Source: Anaerolineaceae bacterium UBA6073
Lineage (GTDB): Bacteria; Chloroflexota; Anaerolineae; Anaerolineales; Anaerolineaceae
DNA: 64,000 nucleotides
Direction of reading: 5' to 3'
NCBI GenBank assembly: GCA_002436085.1
Contig: DIXT01000021.1
Coordinates: forward strand, 685-64,684
Part shown: in pieces, positions 47,871 to 56,867 of the stretch
Position numbering within the stretch: the first letter of the stretch is position 1
Layout of the letters: every line of letters begins with the position of its first letter
Position numbers and translations under genes: made by a program
Notes under the pieces: generated by a model
Database searches by the model: none
Seen by the model: the letters and a program-made list of their open reading frames with translations, nothing else
Told to the model about the DNA's origin: nothing

Positions 47871-49409
47871 ATGGCCATTTCAAAAAAAGCAATCAACAAG
47901 GGAAATGCCGAAGAAGGTTCAGGAATTCGTCAATCTGATAATCGGATAAGCGTTAGTATTTATTTTTCTGATTATTTCAATGTCAGCCCAAGATTGCTTG
48001 AGGAGTATGGTGCCTTTAATATATCACTTGTTAATGATCTTCCATTGTTTATTGACCCATTTTTATTATTCACTTCTACGCGGGATGAATATCGTCAATT
48101 ACACGATGGCATTATTCGTTACCTCCGGTTTCTACGCGATAAATCAATTAGCGGAAAGATTACCCCCGGTTTATTATTGGCTTGGTTTATGTTCAAGGAG
48201 GTTAAGCAAACCTGGCTTGGTTTTTCGCGCTTCGGTAATAGTGGTAGTGGCTTAGGCATGGATTTCGGTCGAGCCCTAAATGAAAACCTCATTAGAGTGT
48301 TTTCAGATTTTGGAAATGAACGAATTACACATGGAAGTCACCTTGAAAAATTGTGTTTGATAAATGAGGGTGTAGGCAGAGACAACATTAGTGACTTTTC
48401 AACTAATTTAATAAAGGAATACTTGCTTAGTTACACTCAGAAGTTTGCCCAGGAAAATATTGCACCCGACCTGCTGGGGAAGTATCGAGTCCCCAAAGTA
48501 CGGTTCAATTATGAAACGGAAAAATGGGAGTCTGAATTATTTAATCTCCCTGTTTACAATGGTGATTATGTTATCTTGACCCCAGTGGATATGCTTACAA
48601 AGGATTCGATTTGGATCAACAGGGAGGACTTGGTCAAGAATTTTAGGGAAATAGCCGAGTCCGTTCCTGATGAGCAACTTAGGGCTGAACTTAACAATTA
48701 CCTCTCAGCCGAAATACCAAAAGATGCAAAGTCAAAAGAGATTAACACTGTTCACGCAAGCGCTTATAAAGTTTTTCCTAAACTCCTTGAATACTATATC
48801 AAATACAAAGAAGATCATGGCGAGGAAGCTAAAGCTTTAAGTGAAACAAATGTCGAGGAATCCAAGCTTCTTTTTATTGACCAGGTTGTTGATTTCATAA
48901 TTTCTCTGTCGAATAACACAGGCTTTTATCAAACCAGCGGTGACACTCTAAAAGACGCCTACGATCGCGTCATGTTTATGAAGCACGTGATAGAGCATCA
49001 AGACGGTTATAGACTTTTCTATATCAATGGTGAACCTGTTAAACGCGAAAGCGACGTCCAACTAATTTTTAAATTTACCTGGTTTGCATCGCCCTCTGAT
49101 ATTAATGCTGAGGTTAACAATGGGCGCGGTCCAGTTGATTTTAAAGCATCGCGGGGGGCTTATGACAAGTCACTCATTGAGTTTAAACTTGCGTTGAATA
49201 CCCAATTACGGCGCAATCTTCAAAACCAGGTCGAAATCTATAAAATGGCGAATGATACGGAAAAAGCTTTGAAAGTGATTGTTTATTTTTCTGAATTGGA
49301 ACTTCTTAAAGTACAGGCTATATTAGAAGAACTTGAATTGAAAGACGAAAGATCCATCATCCTTATTGACGCAAGAGCAGACAACAAACCATCTGCATCT
49401 AAGGCTTAA
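47871..49409 (+). CDS. hypothetical protein with C-terminal PD-(D/E)xK-like nuclease motif
   Basis: 512 aa, AT-rich gene. The C-terminal ..ESDVQLIF..GRGPVDFKASRGAYDKSLIEFKLA.. fits the E...PD...ExK arrangement. Ends 3 nt before drmMI. Confidence 0.6.
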   Translation: MAISKKAINKGNAEEGSGIRQSDNRISVSIYFSDYFNVSPRLLEEYGAFNISLVNDLPLFIDPFLLFTSTRDEYRQLHDGIIRYLRFLRDKSISGKITPGLLLAWFMFKEVKQTWLGFSRFGNSGSGLGMDFGRALNENLIRVFSDFGNERITHGSHLEKLCLINEGVGRDNISDFSTNLIKEYLLSYTQKFAQENIAPDLLGKYRVPKVRFNYETEKWESELFNLPVYNGDYVILTPVDMLTKDSIWINREDLVKNFREIAESVPDEQLRAELNNYLSAEIPKDAKSKEINTVHASAYKVFPKLLEYYIKYKEDHGEEAKALSETNVEESKLLFIDQVVDFIISLSNNTGFYQTSGDTLKDAYDRVMFMKHVIEHQDGYRLFYINGEPVKRESDVQLIFKFTWFASPSDINAEVNNGRGPVDFKASRGAYDKSLIEFKLALNTQLRRNLQNQVEIYKMANDTEKALKVIVYFSELELLKVQAILEELELKDERSIILIDARADNKPSASKA

Positions 49410-49412
49410 ACC

Positions 49413-52400
49413 ATGTCCATCGCCCGACACCACAACGAATGGCTTTCTCTGATTGAAATATCCGGCCCGTTTTTGAGCCTGCCGGTGCTGATGCGCACCT
49501 TCCCGCAGGGATTGGACGCGCTTGACCGCGATGGCCTGGCGGAACTGCGCCTGGCATATGAGGAATGGCTGGATGACCAAAACAGCCTGCGCCCCTCACC
49601 GGCTATTCATTCGGTGTGGGTACGTTATGTGCTCGAACACGTTCTCGGCTTTGAAAAAAGCCATCTGCTCGAGGGTCCGGCGATACCGGCGACCCTGCAA
49701 GCCTTTGTTGCCGAACAGGGCGAGACCCTGCGCCCCGACCTCGTTGTATCTAATTCCCCTCTCCTCCCAGGAGAGGGGTTAGGGGTGAGGTTACTGGTTC
49801 AGGTTTGCCCCATGACCCAGGGGCTGGAAGAATCCATGCTGAATCACCGCTGGAAAGCCTCGCCGGCCATGCGCATGCTCGAACTGCTGCGCGCTACTGG
49901 TGTTTCGTTGGGTCTGGTGACCAACGGCGAGCAGTGGATGCTGGTCAACGCGCCTAAGGGCGAGACCAGCGCGTTTGTCTCCTGGTATGCCGCCCTGTGG
50001 TTGGAAGAGCCGCTCACTTTGCGGGCTTTCTCTTCATTACTAGGTGCAACACGTTTCTTCTCGGTGGCGGACGAGGATACCCTGGAAGGCATGCTCAAGG
50101 ACAGCGTCAACGAGCAGCAGGAAGTCACCGACCAGTTGGGCTACCAGGTGCGCCGGGCGGTGGAGGTATTGATCCGCGCCATTGATAAGGCCGACCAGGA
50201 CTGCGGTCGAACGCTTTTGAAGGACATTCCGGAAAAAGACCTGTACGAGGCTGCCCTGACGGTGATGATGCGTCTTGTTTTCCTCTTTTCCGCCGAAGAG
50301 CGCGGACTGTTGCTGCTGGGCGACCCGCTTTACGATCAGAACTATGCGGTCTCTACCCTGCGCGCCCAGTTGCGTGAAACCGCCGATCAGCAGGGTGAAG
50401 AGGTGCTGGAGCGCCGCTTCGATGCCTGGTGCCGACTGCTGGCCACCTTCCGTGCCGTGCATGACGGCATTCACCACGACCGTCTGAACCTGCCGGCTTA
50501 CGGCGGCAGCCTGTTTGATCCTGATCGTTACCCATTTTTGGAAGGAAGAATTGCCCTCATCCCTAACCCTTATCCCGAGAGGGGAAGGGAATCCCCTCTC
50601 CCCGCCGCTTCGGCGCTCCGTAGGGAGCCGGGAGAGGGCAAGGGTGAGGGTCCGCTTCCCATCTCGAACCGCACGGTGCTGCATCTGTTGGAAGCGCTGC
50701 AGGTGCTGCGTGTCAAGGTTCCGGGCGGTGGACCCGCCGAAGCCCGTCGGCTCTCCTTCCGCGCGCTGGATGTGGAGCAGATCGGTCACGTCTATGAAGG
50801 CTTGCTGGATCATATTGCCGTGCGCGCCAGCGAACCCGTGCTGGGGCTGGCTGGCACACGCGAGAAAGAACCGGAGCTATCGCTGCCCACTCTGCGGGTG
50901 GAAGAAGCCAAAGGCGAGAAGAATTTTCTTGCCTATCTTAAAGAGCAAACCGGGCGGTCAGAAAACGCGCTGCGCAAAGCCCTGCAGGAAAGACCGGACG
51001 TGTTCACCAACCAGCACTTGCTCATTGCCTGTAACAACGATGCAAAGATGCTGGAGAGGGTGGCGCCGTACGCCGGTCTGCTGCGCGAGGATGACTTTGG
51101 CTACCCAGCGGTTTTCTTACCGGGCAGCGTGTACGTCACCGCCGGAGCCACGCGCCGCGCCACCGGCACACACTACACTCCACGCAGTCTGACCGAGCCG
51201 ATTGTGCAGCACACCCTCGAGCCGCTGGTTTATACCGGCCCAGCCGAGGGGCTGCCCAAAGAACAGTGGACGCTCAAATCTCCCGCGGAACTGCTGGATC
51301 TGAAGGTTTGCGACATGGCCATGGGTTCTGCCGGTTTCCTGGTGCAGGTGATCCGCTACCTCTCGGAGCGGTTGGTAGAAGCCTGGGATCAAATCTCCCC
51401 AGAACCATTTGCTAAATCTCAACCTTCGGAAATATCTGGAATTCCTGTAGAAGTCCCTCACCCCAGCCCTCTCCCAGCGGGAGGGGTGGTAGCTAAGGAA
51501 GCATTATCGCCTGAAATGCTGGAGCGGGTGCGGGAACTGCGTAAGAACGCAACGGAGGCGGAAGCTTTTCTATGGGAATTGTTGCGCGACCGCCAATTGG
51601 CTGGTTTCAAATTCCGCCGCCAGCATCCCCTGGGCGGAACCATTCTTGATTTTTACTGCCATGAAGTCCACCTGGCCGTTGAGATCGACGGCGCCGTCCA
51701 CAAGGAACCGGAACAGGCCCAGCACGACGCCGAACGCTCCGCCTATCTGAACGAACAGGGAATCCGGGTCATTCGCTTCTGGAACCACGAAGTCCTGAAT
51801 CAAACAGATGCCGTTCTAAAGAAAATTCTGAAAGAGTTTCAGTCGTCTGCTTCTCCAGTGCTCCCTTCTCCCAGTGGGAGAAGGGCTGGGGATGAGGGCC
51901 GCTTCCTCCGCATCACCCCCGAAGGCCAGCCCGCCAGCGGCAAACCCAATGAGATCATTATTCCCAAGGACGATGAAGAGCGCCTGGTGCTGGCCCGCCG
52001 CCTGGTGGCCGATCGCTGCATCTACGGGGTGGACAAGAACCCTCTGGCGGTGGAGATTGCCAAGCTGTCGATCTGGTTAACCACCATGGACAAGGGCCGG
52101 CCCTTCACCTTTCTGGATCACGCCCTCAAATGCGGCGATTCGCTGGTGGGTGCGGATGAAGACATGTACCGCAAATGGGCCTACAGCCTGAAAGGCGCCC
52201 AATTCACACTTTACCTGACCACGCTGGAGGAATTTACCGCAGCCGCCCGGCAGAAACGCAGGGAACTGGAAAGCTTCACCGTGCTGGACGTGCGCGATGC
52301 CGAACACAAAGCCGAACTGTTGAAAGAAGCCGACGCCGCCATGGCGCGCGTGAAACTGGGCTGCGACCTGCTGGTGGGTGTGCGTCTGCTGGGATTGAAA

Positions 52401-54200
52401 CCCGCCGAACAGGAAACCCTGCTCTCACATTTATTGTGGGATTACGTAGCCGGCCTGCCCATGGATACCCCCGACGCCCAGCGCGCCTTGCACGCCGCGC
52501 GCAAAGAGCACGCTTTTCACTGGCCGTTTGAATTTCCTGAGGTGTTCGAAAAGAAAGGATTTAACGCTTTTGTTGGAAATCCCCCATTTATGGGTGGAAC
52601 AAAAATCTCAACTTTTTTTGGAAGTCTATATGCTGATTATCTAAAAAGTTTCTACCTAAGTTTTACAGGTAATGCAGATCTCTGTGCTTTATTTTTCCTC
52701 CGCACATTTCATAATATATCAAAAAAAGGAACGTTAGGATTAATTGCCACTAAAACTATTTCTCAAGGTAATACGTCAGAAACCGGCCTAGGAGAAATTT
52801 TACTGAATGGCGGGATAATTTTCAACGCGAATTCATCAACTTCTTGGCCAGGTAGTGCAGCCGTGATCGTTAGCATAATTTTCATTACAGATAATTCGTA
52901 TTCTGGTGAAATAGTATTAAACGAGAAAAAAGTAGGAAAGATCTCGCATTTACTCTCTGAGGTTGTATTTGATTGGGAGCCGAAGGAATTAAGTGCTAAT
53001 CAAGGAATTAGCTTTAATGGTTCGAAATTAGATGGAATCGGATTTGTTATTGAACCTAATGAGGCAATCGATTTATTGTCTAAATCACCAAAAAACAAAG
53101 ATATCCTTTATCCCTTTTTAGGTGGAGCTGACCTCAATAATCAACCCGATCAAAAATCTACGAGATGGGTAATCAATTTCTCCGAATTACCATATGAAAA
53201 GGCGAAAGAATATCCGGATTGTTTACAAATAGTTCAAGAAAGAGTTTTTCCTTCTCGTCAAAACCATGGAGAAAAGAGAACTAGAGAAAATTGGTGGCAA
53301 TTTACTCGGGTTCGTAATGAACTTTATCAGTCATTACATGGTTTACAAAAAACAATAGTAATATCCCAGGCAACAAAGTACATTCAACCAAGCTTGGTTG
53401 ATACGGGAATTATTTTTGATCAAGCTTTAGTTATATTTGCCAGTCAATCATATGGTTTATTTGCAATACTTAATTCTACAATACACTCATCGTGGGCATT
53501 GGAATACCAGACCTCTTTGGGAACTACTCCTTACTATATTCCCACTAAAGCTTTTTTGCCTTTCTGTTTTCCTCAGACACTCGTTACTCTAGATAAAATT
53601 GGTAAAGAATATCATGAGTTTCGATGCCAGATAATGCTTTCTCATGTGGAGGGTCTAACCGCCTCCTACAACCGTTTTCACAACCCCAAAGAAAAATCTA
53701 CCAACATTGCCCATCTGCGCGAGCTGCATGTGGAAATGGACAATGCCGTGGCTGCCGCCTACGGCTGGAGCGATCTCGATCTGGGGCACGGTTTTCACGA
53801 GACGCCGCAGGGGGTGCGCTACACCATCTCTGAAGCCGCCCGCAGGGAGGTGCTGGCGCGCCTCTTGCAGTTGAACCATGAACGTTATGAGGAAGAAGTC
53901 CGCCAGGGGCTGCACGAAAAAGATAAAAAGAAAGCCCAAAAAGAAGAGAAATCTGCCCGGCAAAAGCCCAAAAAACTCACCCAGCCTGAAGGGCAGATGA
54001 ACCTGCTGGCTGAGCCGGAGGTTGCCGATGTAGGGGAGACCGCCGAAGCTCTGCCCCCTACGCCCACGTCCGAGATCGGCAGCTGGGACCGCTGCAAGTG
54101 CCTGGCTTGCGACAAGACCGTGATGGGCTTTTCCATCGCGGAGCACACCCAGTCCGAGCATGGGGGCAAGGATCCAGGGTATAGGAAGATGGGGGGATAA
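49413..54200 (+). CDS. drmMI: giant N6-adenine DNA methyltransferase (type IIG / Eco57I-like), DISARM DrmMI-like, with nested DUF559 domain
   Basis: 1595-aa uninterrupted ORF. Motif IV FVGNPPFMGG (about 52570-52600). N-terminal helical region typical of large defence methylases. Internal DUF559 block at about 51500-51840. Confidence 0.8.
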   Translation: MSIARHHNEWLSLIEISGPFLSLPVLMRTFPQGLDALDRDGLAELRLAYEEWLDDQNSLRPSPAIHSVWVRYVLEHVLGFEKSHLLEGPAIPATLQAFVAEQGETLRPDLVVSNSPLLPGEGLGVRLLVQVCPMTQGLEESMLNHRWKASPAMRMLELLRATGVSLGLVTNGEQWMLVNAPKGETSAFVSWYAALWLEEPLTLRAFSSLLGATRFFSVADEDTLEGMLKDSVNEQQEVTDQLGYQVRRAVEVLIRAIDKADQDCGRTLLKDIPEKDLYEAALTVMMRLVFLFSAEERGLLLLGDPLYDQNYAVSTLRAQLRETADQQGEEVLERRFDAWCRLLATFRAVHDGIHHDRLNLPAYGGSLFDPDRYPFLEGRIALIPNPYPERGRESPLPAASALRREPGEGKGEGPLPISNRTVLHLLEALQVLRVKVPGGGPAEARRLSFRALDVEQIGHVYEGLLDHIAVRASEPVLGLAGTREKEPELSLPTLRVEEAKGEKNFLAYLKEQTGRSENALRKALQERPDVFTNQHLLIACNNDAKMLERVAPYAGLLREDDFGYPAVFLPGSVYVTAGATRRATGTHYTPRSLTEPIVQHTLEPLVYTGPAEGLPKEQWTLKSPAELLDLKVCDMAMGSAGFLVQVIRYLSERLVEAWDQISPEPFAKSQPSEISGIPVEVPHPSPLPAGGVVAKEALSPEMLERVRELRKNATEAEAFLWELLRDRQLAGFKFRRQHPLGGTILDFYCHEVHLAVEIDGAVHKEPEQAQHDAERSAYLNEQGIRVIRFWNHEVLNQTDAVLKKILKEFQSSASPVLPSPSGRRAGDEGRFLRITPEGQPASGKPNEIIIPKDDEERLVLARRLVADRCIYGVDKNPLAVEIAKLSIWLTTMDKGRPFTFLDHALKCGDSLVGADEDMYRKWAYSLKGAQFTLYLTTLEEFTAAARQKRRELESFTVLDVRDAEHKAELLKEADAAMARVKLGCDLLVGVRLLGLKPAEQETLLSHLLWDYVAGLPMDTPDAQRALHAARKEHAFHWPFEFPEVFEKKGFNAFVGNPPFMGGTKISTFFGSLYADYLKSFYLSFTGNADLCALFFLRTFHNISKKGTLGLIATKTISQGNTSETGLGEILLNGGIIFNANSSTSWPGSAAVIVSIIFITDNSYSGEIVLNEKKVGKISHLLSEVVFDWEPKELSANQGISFNGSKLDGIGFVIEPNEAIDLLSKSPKNKDILYPFLGGADLNNQPDQKSTRWVINFSELPYEKAKEYPDCLQIVQERVFPSRQNHGEKRTRENWWQFTRVRNELYQSLHGLQKTIVISQATKYIQPSLVDTGIIFDQALVIFASQSYGLFAILNSTIHSSWALEYQTSLGTTPYYIPTKAFLPFCFPQTLVTLDKIGKEYHEFRCQIMLSHVEGLTASYNRFHNPKEKSTNIAHLRELHVEMDNAVAAAYGWSDLDLGHGFHETPQGVRYTISEAARREVLARLLQLNHERYEEEVRQGLHEKDKKKAQKEEKSARQKPKKLTQPEGQMNLLAEPEVADVGETAEALPPTPTSEIGSWDRCKCLACDKTVMGFSIAEHTQSEHGGKDPGYRKMGG
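51455..51900 (+). other. in-frame insertion inside drmMI: DUF559 (Vsr-like endonuclease) domain bracketed by palindromic GC-rich elements
   Basis: Translation EAEAFLWELLRDRQLAGFKFRRQHPLGGTILDFYCHEVHLAVEIDGAVHKEPEQAQHDAERSAYLNEQGIRVIRFWNHEV matches the DUF559 consensus. It is flanked by hairpins ccctctccc-agc-gggagggg (51467-51486) and cccttctccc-agt-gggagaaggg (51863-51885). Confidence 0.75.
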
Positions 54201-55288
54201 TCGTGTTCAACTGAAATTGGCAACTACTTAATTATCCAAGTCAATGAGATAATTTACCTAAAGCGATCAAGGAGTTCGAGATGAGAATAAAAATGATTTC
54301 AGTGAAAAAACTTTTCGGTATGTTTGACTACACCATACCGTTAAATCTTGAAAAACGCGCAACAATAATCATTGGACCTAATGGATATGGAAAAACAACG
54401 ATATTAAAAATGGTCAATGGAATATTTAATGGGAATCTTTCAATTCTTTTCAGAGTTCCGTTTAATGAATTCACTATTGATTTTGAGGATAATTCCAAAA
54501 TTCAGTTGTTGAAAAAGAAAAGTAGCAAGAAAAATACGCGAGGCATTTTGGATATATTTCTAACTTTCTCCAAACCCGGAGAAGAAAATAAATCCATAAA
54601 TCTCACTGATATTGGTTCAGAGAAAAATCGAGAATTTATTTATTACGCTTCAGATATGCTCCGTGATGAATACATTGATCGTTCGACTCTCCGATTACTT
54701 CGTGCTGGAGGAGATTTCCAGAATATTGAGAATATTTTTAGTATTTATGAAAAACTGTATGATATGTTTTCAAGAGAAATGAATTATGGCGAAAAAAGAT
54801 CTTCTCGGCTTCACTTTCCAGCATTTCTGCAATCTGAATTTGGTGAAAAATTGCAAGCGATTATGCAGATTACGCGAACTTTGAATGTACATTTTATCCA
54901 AACACAAAGATTAATATCCTATACAACACAAGAAAAAGCTGAAAGATCAGAGAAGGAAACCCCTGTTGTCAATATGTACTCAAATGCGCTCGCGAAAGAT
55001 ATCGAAACTACTCTTGCGCAGTCATCCCAACAGGCACAAAAGCTGGACAGTACGTTCCCCAGACGTGTTATCACCAATCTGCCCCCAAAGGGGACAAAGG
55101 ATGCTTATCAAAAGCTTCTGAAGGAACTCGAAGATCTAAGAAATAAAAGAATTCACCTGAGAGACACCGGCATTCTAGTTGACCTTGGTGATGACTTGGA
55201 AATTACTGAGTCAATCGATGATATCAATCGCCTAAATTATCTCAACGGAGTTCTTACTGAGTATATAAACGATACTCGTATTAAACTA

Positions 55289-56476
55289 GTAGTCAGTCTT
55301 AATGGATAAGATGGAATAATCCTTGCAACCAATGGGGCGAGGAGACCTCCAAAATGCCAAAGAAACTGTACCATATAAACTTAAATGATGAAGAACAACA
55401 GACATTGTTCGAAATGACTCGAAAAGGCAAAATCAAAGCACGCCAGATGAAACGGGCAATGATTTTACTGAAAGCAAACGAGGGTTTGTCAGATCCACAG
55501 ATCATGGCGGCATTGAATGTAAGCCGACCTTGTGTTGAACGAATCCGCAAGCGGTTTGTGTTGGGTGGCTTGCAAAAAGCGTTGAATGAAGATCCTCGAC
55601 CTGGGCAAAGACGGAAATTGGATGGTCGAGGCGAAGCCACCTTAATAGCAACAGCTTGCAGCCAGGTTCCAGAAGGGCATGAGCATTGGACTCTGCGTTT
55701 ACTGGCAGGAAAGATGGTTGAACTGGAAGTGGTGGACTCGATCTCACATGAAACTATCCGCCGAACGCTAAAAAAAATGAGATAAAGCCCTGGCAGAAAG
55801 AAATGTGGTGCATTCCAGAAGCCAGTGCGGAATATGTGGCTTGCATGGAAGATGTTCTGGATCAATATGAACGGCCCTACGATGGCAGCTCCCCCCAGGT
55901 TTGTTTTGATGAAGGGCAGAAACAGTTGATTGAAGAAACTCGGAAGGGATATCCGTGCAAAGCAGGGTACAAAAGACGCTACGATTATGAGTACAAACGC
56001 AATGGTGTTCGCAACTTGAACATGCTTTATGAACCTTTGTCTGGGAAACGATATGTAAGAATCACAGAACGGCATACCATGGTTGATTTTGCACAATGTA
56101 TGAAATGGCTGGTGGATGAGCTCTATCCGGATGCCATCCTGATCCGCGTTGTTATGGACAACCTCGGCACACATAAGCCAGCTTCTCTGTACGAAGCATT
56201 TCCACCACAAGAAGCCCGCCGGATTCTCAAAAAGTTGGAATTTCATTACACCCCAAAACATGGCAGTTGGCTGGATATGGCAGAAATTGAGTTGAGTGTA
56301 TTTAGCCGAAAGCTGAAACAGCACATACCCGACGAAACCCTTCTCAAAACGGAGGTGCAAGCCATTGTGGAGGAGCGAAACAGCGTCCATTCGATTATTA
56401 AATGGCAATTCCGAACTGAAGACGCTCGCATCAAGTTGAAGCAGCTTTATCCATCTGTTTCTGCCTGACCGACTAC
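55289..56476 (+). mobile_element. IS630-family insertion sequence (1188 bp) with TA target duplication
   Basis: Terminal inverted repeats GTAGTCAGTC (55289-55298) and GACCGACTAC (56467-56476) match at 9 of 10 positions. TA lies on both sides (55287-55288 and 56477-56478). Encodes a two-ORF IS630-type transposase. Confidence 0.85.
55354..56468 (+). CDS. IS630-family transposase (orfA HTH + orfB DDE, joined by a -1 frameshift in an A8 run)
   Basis: orfA 55354-55785 carries HTH domains. orfB (frame -1) carries DDE-domain blocks (VCFDEGQKQL, VVMDNLGTHK, YTPKHGSWLDMAEIE). Slipping -1 in AAAAAAAA (55770-55777) yields ..TLKKNEIKPWQKEMWCIPE.., the junction typical of IS630 transposases. Confidence 0.85.
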
Positions 56477-56867
56477 TAGCAATATTCGATGAATTAGCAG
56501 GAAAAATCGAATTATTAAAAAAGATAATCAATGAAAGGTTTTCCTATAAGAAACTAGAAATTAGCAAAGACAAAGGTTTCATATTTATGACCACACAAGG
56601 GGAAGAACTCCCGCCAGACGCTTTATCGTCAGGTGAGCAGCATGAATTGGTCATGTTTTATGAATTCCTGTTTAAAGTACCCAAAGGATCTCTGCTTTTG
56701 ATCGATGAACCTGAACTTTCTTTGCACATAGATTGGCAGCAAAGGTTCTTAAAGGATTTAATTGAAATTGCTGAATTAGCGGGGTTTGATGTCGTGATAG
56801 CGACCCATGCACCATCGATCATCAATAACTTTTGGTCACTAGCAGTAGATTTAGGGGAATTGGATAA

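Noticed and set aside
44655-54200. BREX or type I restriction-modification interpretation of the SNF2 helicase plus large methyltransferase
   Set aside because: No PglZ phosphatase, BrxC-type ATPase, BrxL/Lon or HsdS/HsdR genes are present. The helicase + DUF1998 + PLD trio downstream fits DISARM instead.
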